Positions 1 through 12,747 of a stretch of 64,000 nt of DNA are shown piece after piece. The stretch is taken from assembly GCA_951406725.2 (NCBI GenBank), contig OX597814.1:20646001-20710000 (forward strand), read 5' to 3'. The notes under the pieces were generated by a model, which saw only the letters and a program-made list of their open reading frames with translations, had not been told where the DNA came from and searched no databases. Source of the stretch: Octopus vulgaris (lineage: Eukaryota). The stretch's first letter is position 1, and every line of letters starts with the position of its first letter. The position numbers were made by a program, and so were the translations under genes.

Positions 1-511
1 ATGTACTTTGTTCATTTGCATTCCTTTACAGAATAAATACCAAAAGATGTACAGTGGTTAATATAATTGACAAAATCTTTTGGAGACTGTGCTCTAACAT
101 GGCAGTAGTCCAAAAACTGAAACTACTAAAAGAATAAGTGAATGTAAGTAAATTTTAGTTGTGAGTGTTTAGCCCCAAGTTAGTCCTGATTAAGAAGACA
201 CATGACTATCCTAAACTTTTATATACCAAGAGGTACATTATCTAATGTCTCTGTCATCTTTTTTTAAATAGTAGGGTGTGGTCTGAGGCAGATGTAACTT
301 CATTTATAGCAGGTCGAATAACGTTTAGATACAGATAACAATGTGTACATAAGTGTACAACAGGGTCAGATTTTATGGAAACTTAATTTTGTTCATAGCC
401 CAGAATTTAGCCTAGTAAGTACAAGTAAGTAAAAAATACTTACAGAAAGCATAACATACAAATGGATTAAGAAATTGGCAAACATCCAATATATTAATGA
501 CACAATTTAAT

Positions 512-1100
512 TCATCATTATCTTTTAACATCTGCCTTCCTTGCTGGCATGGGTGGGATGGTTTGACATGAGCCAGCCAGGAAGACGCATGCATCAGACT
601 TCTGTGACTGTTTTTGTAGGATTTTTACAGCTGGATGCCCTTCTTAACACCAACCACTCAGCAGGGTGAACTTAGTGCTTTTCATGTGGCACAAGCACAG
701 ACAAGGTCAGTTTTGGCAAGGTTTTTACAACTCAATGCCCTTCCCAACACCAATCACTTTACAGTGTGGACTGGATACTTTTTAAGTAGTACTTGTACTG
801 GTAGGGTCACCAAGTACCTTGCAAGACAAAAAAATCCTTTGAGAGGGGAGGGACATTGGAGGAGGTGATCTTGTGTCAGATGAAAGGTTATATTGAGACA
901 GAGAGATAGAAACAGGTGTCTTGCTGTAGAGGAGGTAAATGGTTAGCCAGCCAGACAGAGAGAAAGAGGGAGATCAAGAATGAAGGCAGAAACAGGTGTG
1001 CTTTCGCTAAAGAGATACATAGTTACCCAACCTGAAGGAAGAGCAGCAGAAGGAGAGAGAGACAGCAGGGTAGAGATGGTGGCAAAGTGCTGGGTATACT
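512..1100 (-). repeat. RTE-tail-derived composite repeat with AG-rich extension
   Basis: Begins with (CAT)n-like tail, has ctggatgccct...accaaccac motif twice; same organisation at 49693-50075. Confidence 0.65.
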
Positions 1101-1346
1101 CACAAAGGACAGGGATCAAAATATAAATGGGATGGTTGAGTAAAGGAAGAGAGATATATAGATGGTGGCAAGTGCTAGGGCATACCCTTGAGGTTTGAAT
1201 GTCATAATGTAAGTGGCAGGATATTGCAAAAGAAGCATGATATGAGAGTGTGGAGAGGGAGGGGGAAGTGAGTGGCAAAAATCTGGGTATACAGAGTGGG
1301 GGGGGGGGTGCAACCAGATAGCAATGATACAGAGAAACAAGGCCAT

Positions 1347-1564
1347 GGCAGAATCGTTAGCAGGCCGGGCGAAATGCTTAGCAGTATTTCGTCTGCCGCT
1401 GTGTTCTGAGTTCAAATTCCACCGAGGTCAACTTTTCCTTTCATCCTCTCGGGGTCGATAAATTAAGTACCAGTTACGCACTGGGGTCGATATAATCGAC
1501 TTAATCCGTTTGTCTGTCTTTGTTTGTCCCCTCTGTGTTTAGCTCCTTGTGAGCAATAAAGAAA
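1347..1564 (+). mobile_element. SINE family A (tRNA-like head, Deu/Nin-like core ctttcatcc..ggggtcgataaattaagtacc)
   Basis: Near-identical copies at 3466-3692(-), 7957-8419, decayed at 28230-28390(-), 45953-46050, 51387-51540. Confidence 0.85.
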
Positions 1565-1806
1565 AAAGAAACAGGGCCATGAGGACAGGATTGGGGAGTG
1601 AGAGGTAAGCATAGTATATGAAGGAGGAAATGTGAAGAAGAGAAGAAATGTAGAGCGATTTGTTGGGGTAAGTGTGTGAAAAGTTTTTGTTAACGAAGCC
1701 ACATTTGAATAATAATAACAACTTAGCTGTTGATTCAATAAAGAGCAAGCAATTGAGCAATTGATTCATGAACAGCAGCAAGAAAATGGAACAATATTTG
1801 GGAGTT

Positions 1807-2856
1807 TTGAAAGTGTAACTGCTAGAGTAAGAATAGCTTGGGCAAAGTTCAGAGAGCTCTTACCTCTGCTGGGGACAAAAGGCCTCTTGCTCAGAGTAAA
1901 AGGTAGACTATATGATGCATGTGTACGAACAGCCATGCTACATGGCAGTGAAACATGGGCCGTGACTGCTGAGGATATGCGTAAGCTCGCAAGAAATGAA
2001 GCCAGTATGCTCCGATGGATGTGTAATGTCAGTGTTCATACTCGACAGAGTGTAAGTACCTTGATAGAGAAGTTAGACCTAAGAAGCATCAGTTGCAGTG
2101 TGCAAGAGAGACGTTTGCGCTGGTATGGCCATGTGGCGAGAATGGATGAGGATAGTTGTGCAAAAAAGTGCTACACCCTAGCTGTTGAGGGAACCTGTGG
2201 AAGAGGCAGACCCAGGAAAACCTGGGATGAGGTGGTGAAGCACGACCTTCGAACTTTAGGTCTCACCGAGGAAATGACTAGAGACTGAGACCTTTGGAAG
2301 TATGCTGTGCGTGAGAAGACCCGGCAGGACAAGTGAGACCATAACCCATGGCCTCAGTCCACTTATGCATACCTTTCCTTCTTGGGACACAAAACTCTAC
2401 TTGTGAAGACCTGTTGAGGCAAGTGAAAATCCAAAAATCAAAAATCAAAATCGATCAACATGAATGGAAATTGTAGCTGTGATGCCGGTGGCACATAAGA
2501 GAACCATCCGAATGTGGCCGTTGTCAGCGCCGCCCCGACTGGCTTCCATGCCAGTGGTACGTAAAAAGCACCATCCGATCGTGGCCGTTGCCAGCCTGGC
2601 CTTGCCTCCGTGCCGGTGGCATGTAAGAAGCACCATCCGATCGTGGCCGTTTCCCAGCCTCGTCTGGCACCTGTGCCGGTGGCACATAAAAAGCACCCAC
2701 TACACTCATGGAGTGGTTGGTGTTAGGAAGGGCATCCAGCCATAGAAACATTGCCAGATCAGACTGGGCCTGGTGCAGCCTTCTGGCTTCCCAGACCCCA
2801 GTTGCACCGTCCAACCCATGCCAGCATGGAAAGCGGACGCTAAACGATGATGATGA
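1807..2856 (+). mobile_element. RTE-clade LINE, 5'-truncated 3' end
   Basis: ORF 1761..2288 has AW.KFREL, KGRLY.ACVRTAMLHGSETWA, RRLRWYGHVARM, RGRPRKTW; tandem 3'UTR subrepeats; (GAT)n tail. Confidence 0.93.
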
Positions 2857-3193
2857 CAGACACTGGGCTCAGACCTGGTGCATACTAAGTTTACACACTA
2901 CATAGCTGGATGGACTTAGAAGAAAAGCTGTAGTATTTTTATTATTATTATCATCATCATCATAATAAAATTATTAACACTAAATTAATATACAAGTACA
3001 TTTTAATCAGCAAATTTATCACCTAAGTATTTTGCAATGAAAAAGGGAATCTGGCTGAAATTGAAATGAAAATACACGTGGCCATGGCAAACTAGATACA
3101 GAAAGAAGCTGGGTGGAATCCTAAATTCATTATTTGGGCTAATTTTTAAAACCTAGTGATATTAAAGTATAGAAAAAAAAATACAACACAAAC

Positions 3194-3334
3194 CTTGACA
3201 CACATTTTATTTTTAATGGAACCATCTTTCAGTTTATCTTTCAAGCATTCTGAAATACGCCCTTTACCATTATCTTCAACCTCATATGGTGCATTATCTT
3301 TTTTATTAGCGTCTTCAAAACAATACTGGGTGAT
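3194..3334 (-). CDS. GLG1: GLG1 exon, 141 nt (ITQYCFEDANKKDNAPYEVEDNGKGRISECLKDKLKDGSIKNKMCVK)
   Basis: tttag / GTTTGT, phase 0-0; G..SECLK and terminal C match the repeat pattern. Confidence 0.9.
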
Positions 3335-6300
3335 CTAAAACCAAACAATGAAGGAACATTGAATTAGATATCATCAAAACTTTACAAAAAGCTAGCAACA
3401 ACAATGCTATAAGTACATCCAGTCAAAATTTGGGGCAGAACAACAGTAATATATATATATATATATATTTCTTTATTGCCCACAGGGGGTTAAACATAGA
3501 GGGGACAAACAAAGACAAAGAGATAAAGTTAATTACATTGACCCCAGTGCGTAACTGGTACTTTATTAATTGACCACGAAAGGATGAATGGCAAAGTCGA
3601 CCTCGGCAGAATTTGAACTCAGAATGTAATAGTAGACAAAATACCACTCAACATTTTGTTCGGCATGCTAACAATTCTGCCAGCTTGCCACCCTTTTCAG
3701 TAATATATATATAGTATATATATAGGCGCAGGAGTGGCTGTGTGGTAAGTAGCTTGCTTACCAACCACATGGTTCTGGGTTCATTCCCACTGCGTGGCAT
3801 CTTGGACAAGTGTCTTCTGCTATAGCCCCGGGCCGACCAATGCCTTGTGAGTGGATTTGGTAGACAGAAACTGAAAGAAGCCTGTTGTATATATGTATAT
3901 ATATATGTATGTGTGTGTATATGTTTGTGTGTCTGTGTTTGTCCCCCTAGCATTGCTTGACAACCGATGCTGGTGTGTTTACGTCCCCGTCACTTAGCGG
4001 TTCGGCAAAAGAGACCGATAGAATAAGTACTGGGCTTACAAAGAATAAGTCCCGGGGTCGATTTGCTCGACTAAAGGTGGTGCTCCAGCATGGCCGCAGT
4101 CAAATGACTGAAACAAGTAAAGAGTATAGCTTTATCACAGGAGATATGAAATGAAACAAAGTAAAACAATTGAGGAAAAGGACAGCTGCAGACTTACAAA
4201 TTAATATCATCATATAAAAAGCAAATGAGAAATGCTTTCCAAATTTGCAAACAAAACATATGACTGAAAAAAATCTGTCAATTTTTTACTGCAATACTAT
4301 AGATATTGAGTTTTCCATCACCTGTTCTCTGTGCACCATCGAAATGAAGCTGATGTAGTTGTATCTGCTTCTTTCATGCTTCTCTATTTTACACCAGTAA
4401 AACATTACAGGTAAATGGTACATCACAATAATAACTTAGAAATTCTTGCATCGAGTACATGTCTTGGACTCCAAACAGGATATTTTAATTTTTAGTGTAA
4501 AAACAAGTTAGTCAGCAGTAGTACAAACAATGTTTTCAGAAAGAGAAGGGAATAAAAATTTCTTAAATATTTCTTTTCCAAAATTTTCTGAAGAAATCAA
4601 GCCCAATTGGCCATTCTCATAACTCAAAACCTGCTATTTACTTTTATCTATTTCAGTTCAAGTAATTTATATCCTAATAACAAACCAATCGTTATGTAAA
4701 ATGTAAAAGTACAAAAGAAGACAGACCATACATAATTGGATATTTCTGCCTTAAATACATAGATATATAGTAATATAATATAGAATTATCTAATAACTCA
4801 TTTCATATGGTGATATTTTAATAAAATATAACTAATGTTAGACTTTATATTTTACCTATGCTTACCTGCATGTAATTAAAGTAGTTTTGAGACAAAATTT
4901 CACAACAGATTAATTTAAGAGCATTTTGTAAATCACATTTGAAGCATCACTTTAATATATTAGGAAAAAAAAACTAGTGGAACCTGTGGAAATTTCACCG
5001 AACAAAAGGAATTAAGAGAAGTTATTTAAGAAAAGATGATCTGCATTTTTATTTTGCTAGGTTATTTCATTTCCAGTCACAATAATAAGTTATATGGTTT
5101 TAAAATTTCCCTCTACTAAGCACTTTATATTTCTCTCTTTCTTCTTACCTCTTCAACAAACATTTTAACTATGTAATTCCCCTCTTCATAGCAACATTTC
5201 TCTTTCTTCTACCTTTCACTTGCACTAACCACATGAGACACAGTATAATGCATCAACTGGCTATCTGCTCTGTCACACACCCTCATATTCCCTCTTCCTC
5301 TCTTTCACTCCAGTTCCTTTCTAACAAACTAAAACGTCAAGTGTGAACGAACTATTATAGATTTAGTTCAATAGAAAAAAATACTTTTCACTATCAACAC
5401 ACAACCACCATCACCATCGCCACTATAGTTTTCAGTAATAAAGCTGATTTCATTTCATTTCAGTCCAGCTGTTTGTCTATATCTACTTTTTCTGACAATA
5501 CAAGTGCTATTTGCCTCTCTCTTTTAATGTAACTGCCTCCCCTGTCCATCTCTCCCTATCTGTCTTTCTTTAACCTAACCAGCAGAGCATCACCCTCTGC
5601 TAAATATTGTATCCTATATGTCACTCTTTCTATTTACCTTTCCCTCCCCGCCCTACAGCACATCATTAACACTTCTCTCTTCCATTTCTCTCTCACTCTT
5701 GTTCTTCGTCTCTCCCTTCAACTAATCATATGATGCATGTGGCCTTATTATACATTTTTCTCTACACACACTCCTCCCCTCTCTCTCTCTCACTTTTATT
5801 CCACCTCTCTAACTAACTAAAGTATAATGGGCAGATTATTATATATAAGTTATAGTTGATTTTTTGAAATCAGTCCAAATCTGTGATTATTTTAAATCTA
5901 ATTCAAACACAATAAGAAATACAACAAAAGAGTAAGACAATTTCTCCATCTGACACCTTAACTAAACAGTTCTGAATAAATATCCAGTAAACATGTACAA
6001 AAACAGTTATTAATGAATTTCTAAGCAACTACTAAATTGAGCTCACATATCAAAAATTGGAGACATACATTATCATCATCATCATTTAATGTCTGTTTTC
6101 CATGATGGCATAGGCTGAATGGTTTGACATGGAACTGGTTAGCAGGGAGCTGTCCTGACTCCAATTGTCTGTTGTGACATGGTTTCTATGGCTGGATGCC
6201 CTTCTTAACATCAATCGCTTTACTTTTTATGTGCCACCAGTATGGGTGCATTTACACAGCACCAGAATGAGTGCTTTTAATGTGACACCAGCAACTGAAA

Positions 6301-9300
6301 AGGACATGTATGGATGACAACAATTTTACTCAACTTGGTGAGTCTTCTCAAGCACAGCAAATCGCCACAACTCTCAGTTCCTTGTTATTTCCTCAGTGAA
6401 GTGCAGCATCCAAAGATCCTTTCTCACCACTTTGTCCCACGTCTTCCTGGGTCTACCCGTTCCACAGGTTCCCTCCATGATTAGAGCTTCGCATTTCTTT
6501 ACGCAGTTGTCCTCATCCAAACCCATCACATGACCAATGCCTCTTATACCCAGTTTTCCTCTTAAATCATTCACACTGACATTACCCATCCAGCAGAGTA
6601 CTGGTAGCTTCATTTCTTTTGAGCCTTTGCAAGTCTTAAGTAATCAAAGCCCATGTTTCAATGCCATGTAGCATAGCTGTACGTATACAGGCATCATACA
6701 ATCTACAGAGCCCTTTAGTTACCAACAGAGGTAGAAACCCTCTGAACTTTGTCCAGCCAATTCTAATTCTAGCAATTACACTTTCAGAACTTCCTCCTCC
6801 ACTACCATCTTGGTCACTTAGCTAACAGAAGCTATCTACTACTTCTAATGATCCCTCTCCACTACCTCCAAGCATCTCATGGGTCTATTGTCTGCACATT
6901 TTTAATGCACCCACACATCTGCCACACACAAAGACTATTATCTCTGTTAACCTTCCTGTGATATTGCTACACCTCTTATGTGTTCAAAGCCACTTGAAAC
7001 CATGGTACAGACTTAATGACAAAATCAATTCAGTGGACATAAAGCAAATGCTAAAAACTGCTAATATCAACTCAAATACTTGTGTGCAGATATTGCGTGA
7101 ATTCAATTACTAAGTTATCCCACCTCTAAAATATACTGCAGAAAAAAAATATTGAATGTGAGAATAACAATATAAAACTTACTTCCTCATGACAAGCCTT
7201 TGCCAAAATAGGGTCTTGTTGATAATCCAAAGCAGCTTCTTTGATAACTCCCTGTATTTCATATTCACAATTTTTTGAAAGCATCTACAAAATTTATAAA
7301 ACATTTTATACAAGTTAAAATTTTCATTTGAATAGGAAAACATTTGTTTAAATTCAAAGACGAAAATTTCATGAATGAAAGGAAACTATAAAGAGTGAAT
7401 AAAGGGAATGAAATAAATGCTTTAAATATACTTCCAAAATTTTCTGAAGAAATTGAAACCCAGTTTTCATAAAATAACAGTGGAGACTAAGCACTATACA
7501 GTGTGTATGTACAAAAGACAAATTAGACATAATTAGAGCATTTTTGCCCTAAATATGTGAGCATTTAGTAAACTGTATAACATTTTACATTGTGATATTT
7601 AAATGATTTCATATTTCAGACCTGCATTATCTGAAAGAAATGTAATTTTAGACAAAATATTTTGTATCTCCTGGCTTGTCTATTGCTCAAAGGAAATTGG
7701 CTCCCTGTCATTGTGTAGCTCCTTGTTAGCCCTGATCAAACAATAAAGCATGACCTACGTATCTATCTTTCCACTTAAGCTACGTTTGCCTAGCTGAAGA
7801 CTATATTGTACATACAGAGATGCAGTAATGAATTATACGAGGGGTAATGTGACAGTTCAGATATATGGTGCTGTCTCCACTGTCCAGTCTATTGCTATAC
7901 ACCTACAGATTTTGGTGGTGACCATGACAGAAGTGAGCAAGAAACAATAGCATGCAGAAACGTTAGTACACCAGACTAAATGCTTAGCAGTATTTCGTCT
8001 GCCACTACATTCTGATTTCAAATTCTGCTGAGGTCAATTTTGCCTTTCATCCTTTCGGGGTCGATAAATTAAGTACCTATTTCTTTACTACCCACAAGGG
8101 GCTAAACGCAGAGAGGACAAACAAAGACAGACAGACGGATTAAGTCGATTATATCAACCCCAGTGCGTAACTGGTACTTATTTAATCGACCCCGAAAGGA
8201 TGAAAGGCAAAGTCGACCTCGGCAGAATTTGAACTCAGAACGTAACCGCAGATGAAATACCGCTAAGCATTTCGCCCGGCGTGCTAACGTTTCTACCAGC
8301 TCGCCGCCTTATAAATTAAGTACCAGTGATGCACTGGGGGTCAATGTAAGCGACAGTCCTTTTGTCTGTCCTTGTTTGTTCCCTCTATGTTTAGCCCCTT
8401 GTGGGCAATAAAGAAATAAGTGAGCAAGTTAGACTCGACCACAGTGCAACATGTGCTGTTTAACTGCACTTATTATTGGCACCAACAATGAGCGAAAGGG
8501 GGCTTGGGAGCCTCTAAAAGGCAGCGACTAATTCCGATCTAGTTCTAACCCCTCCTAGGGGTACTATTGGTCAAGGCTGCATCGAAGATATGCATTGGAG
8601 AAGGTTGCCTTGGAGATCTGCATTGAAGAAGGTTGCATCAAAGGTTTGTATGCTATTATATATATATATATATATGTACACACAATATGCCAAATTCTCT
8701 ACTATATATATGGCATATTGATTGTACATATATATATATATATAATAGCATGCAAACCTTTGATGCAACCTTCTTTAGTGCAGATCTTCAATGCAGCCTT
8801 GACCAATAGTACCCCTAGATCAGGATTATTCGCTGCCTTTTAGAGGCTCCCAAGCACCCTTTCGCTAGGTTAGCTTAGGCTTAGGTTATATCTGCTTAGT
8901 TGTGATCTGAACGTAACCTCTTCTGACAGAGGATTGTGAGCCCTTTTGGGTGTTCTATTTTCCTTGACGGAAGGGTTCCCAACCCATGGGCCAAGGAGGG
9001 GTTACATGATGGGGGGTTTTTGAAAGGGCCGGCATTTGCAGCCTGACTACCTCTGCTGGTCAAACTCCCAACTCATGCCTTCCTGTTGCAACACTGATTC
9101 TGTAGAACTGGGTTGGGTGTGAAAACCAACTTTAAAGTATAAATATAGATTTTTTGAATCAGCAATGCTGTGTTCGGTTAAGTCCTATTTGGGTGAAAAA
9201 TCAATAAACTGATTCCTTATGGGGTTTTCCATTCAACCAGGATGAAAAATTGATAAACCGATTTCTTATAGGATTTCCCACTAAAATTGGCTACACCCCA

Positions 9301-12300
9301 TTTTCAACCATAACTTTTACCAATTTTGACGTATTTTGTTCAAAATTGATTCCAGTGTTACTCAGGACTCATGGGATCTTTGAATGCTTTAAATGCTCCA
9401 AAGAAAAAAGAAAAAAAAAATATCAATGAGTGGAAAGAAATCGATAAACCAGTTCCTTATGGGATTTTCCAATCAAATTATCTGCAACCCATTTTCAGCC
9501 AGATGTTTACCATTTCCAATGGATTTCACTCAAATCTGACGTTAGTATTACTTAGTTCAGTTTGAAACAAAGTGCTTGATTAGCTTAATAATCCTAACTT
9601 AATCCCAGGCAATACTGCTAGTTATTACTAAAATGCTAAATTTAAAATAACTTACTTGATGAACAAACTGCTTTTTTAAGCAATTAATGACTTTGCCTTC
9701 AAGGTCTTGATCTTTTTTGGTGTTAATAATTATTTGATAGCAAAATTTATTAATATCCATTTTACATGCCTGCTGAAGCTGAGGATTTAGGCGATAATCT
9801 GAAAAAGAAATTACTTTAGAAATTAATCCTGGTTTTCAAAGACAATTACACAAAAATAAACGCAATAAAAAATTTTTAAATTGAAAGGATTTTAGAGTCA
9901 AGAAGTTGCTTTCATCATGTAAAAATTCCAAATATATATTTTACCAATGAAAGTATTTAGCCATAGGTATTAATTAGGTCAGTCAATTTTTAACAGAACA
10001 ATCTTTCTGCTGGGAAACATACAGATATCTTTGCTATCTAAACTAGTTTTTTAAAAACTATTCTGTTTTGAAGACCAACAGTTTAGCAATTATTTGTAAT
10101 GTATCAATATATGTAAATATGATGAATAGCTAAAAGCTTGTTCTAGTACCAAACTCAGGCATAATCAGTTCTGGGTATTTATTCCTCTACCTGCTATAAA
10201 ATGAACATAGGTTGGTAAACTCATCTGGTATTGCTTACATGAAGAGAAATGAAAATGAAGCTTTATTTTCAAAGGTACAAGTAACATTATAGTTTTTAGA
10301 GAAATAAGAAATGCTTCAAACCTACCTGTATTCTGAAGTTTCTGTCGCTGAATAACAATTTGTCTACAATTTGGATCAAAGTCTTCATCATTTTTGTGTT
10401 GTTTCAAACAATATAAAATTTCTACAGATTTGTAGTTGCTGCAGTAATGCTAGAAAAGCAAAGTTAAAAAGTAAATTATATAATAGTTTTGAAGTACAAA
10501 CATTTTAGCAATGAATAAATGTTTAACGCCTAACTCTTAGATTTATGATAACAAAAAAAAAAAATTATGAAAGCTTAATCATATCACATTTATTGTGATC
10601 AAACTGAAACTTACAACACTTTAAATATCTATCATATACCTGTTACTCTTCTGTGCTACTTCCTGCTTGATGTAATTGTCTTTTACAGGTGTTTTTGTTT
10701 TTTGTTTTTCTTTTAACATTATTTGATTGCTTAACTGATTAATAGTGTTATAATTCATCTTTTGTATGTTTTCTTATCTAGCCAACTTTCACCTATTAAT
10801 GGCATTGTGTTGCACACTGACCAGCATTTCTAATAGCACCAATATATGAAGATGAAGAAACTAATGAAAATATTGGGAGAATGGGAACCACACAAATAAA
10901 AGAAACTTGCAGCTCACAAACCAAATGGGATTTTACGCAACATTCTAACATTTTCTAAAAACTACAAAAATACTGCTATGTTTGGGGATGGTCGTCCTTT
11001 GCTAATTAAGCACATGCACTATTTATCTGATCCCCACTTCAGCCTTATTAATATTTTTAGTTTATTTGTCAAAGTTCTTTTGTCATGCATTCTGTGATCT
11101 CTTTAACAACTCTCTGAACTTTGACAAATAAACTAAAAATATTAATAATAATAAGGCTAAAGTGAAAATCAAATAAATAGTGTATGTGTTTAATTGGCAA
11201 AAAATGACCATCACCAAATATAACAATATCTGTTTCAACACATGATTTCACAACAAGAATCTTGCAAAACAAATACATAATGTAAAAAAAATACTATCCT
11301 CTCACTCTTCCTCTACATGCTAAAAACACACACAGACACACACATTAAAAGATTTTTTTTTAGACAATTGCACAAAAATTGCTATTTACTTAAGTAAAAT
11401 AAAATTTGTAGTACTTACTTTGATCATTTTCTTGCAGACTACTTTCAAAGTATAATCAATGCTGTTATCAATGCTATCAGCTTTCTTTGTAGGACAGAAG
11501 AAAAAGAAAGAAAAGAATCAGAAATTTCTTTAAAAGGAGAGAGGAGGTCTTAGACTATCAAAATAAATGAATGCAGTTATTGTGGTTATTATTCATAGGA
11601 GGAAGGATTGTAAAATATTAAATGCAATCTGTATGTGCGAAACATAATGAAGAATGATCAGAGGAGGGGAGGATGCAATAAGTAATAGAAGAAACAGTAT
11701 ATGAAGTATACTAACCTCTCTTTTAAAGATAACCTTATGACAACTATCAGAAAGACGGGGTTGGTGTTCTTTTAAGCATTCAATAATCTAGTTAAATAAG
11801 AAATATATTGCAGTCAATAATAGTCTACAAAAGTTTTTGATGAGAAAAAGAGAAAAATGTTATATAAAAAATTTCAATTTTTCAATAAGATTCCAAATTA
11901 AATATCTTTAACTTAGATAATACTAAATACATACAACAGATTTTTAATACTATATTGCTTTATATAATTAAAATATAGCTTCAGAAAATACTATCAGGGA
12001 AAATGAGTACAGGGCAATTTACACAAATTTTAGAAGACACAAACATTATAAATTTGCTCCTAAATCATAACAAAATAGTTTCAAACAAAGCGTGTGAGTG
12101 TTCACCATTTAAAAAAAATATTTTAATTATTCAAGATGTCATCATAATTAAAGGTAACGAAATTTGACAAATTCTGAATTAAATAGAAACAAACTATGAT
12201 AGTAAAGAATGTGTGCTTCACAACTATGTCATTTGGAATTCAGTATCCCTGTATGGTATCTTGGGCAAGTACCTTCTACTATAGCTTCAGCATGACTAAT

Positions 12301-12714
12301 ATCTTCTGAGTGACTTTGATAGATGAAACTGTGTAGAAGCCCACTGCACGTGTGTGTGTGTGCGCGCCTTGTGTTTCTGTTTGTCTCTCGCCATTTGACA
12401 ACTAGTGTTGGTTTGTTTACATTCTTGTAACTTAACAGTTAAGCAAGAAAAGAAACATTGAGTAAAATAAGTCCAGAGACTTTAAAATAAATACTGGTGT
12501 TGATTTGATTGACTAAACCCTCTAAAGGTGGTGCTACAGCAAAGCCACAGTCTTATGGCTGAAACAAGTAAAAGAATAAAAGTAATTGTATTCATTCAAA
12601 TTAAATCATTTTTTTAAATGAAATCACATTTTAGTTTCCAAAACTTTTTCCAATAAGATACTTATTTTACTTCCAGGGAAAAGTAAGAGAAAAAGAGAGA
12701 ATATGAAATATCTA

Positions 12715-12747
<33 letters not shown>

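Noticed and set aside
2445-2905. Overlapping short ORFs, and similar ones at 21332, 43396, 47851, 49702
   Set aside because: Spurious frames in the RTE 3'UTR/tail repeated throughout the window.
4322-4381. Possible in-frame 60-nt cassette exon
   Set aside because: No polypyrimidine tract, no GLG1-like residues, and flanking exons already join into an intact repeat.
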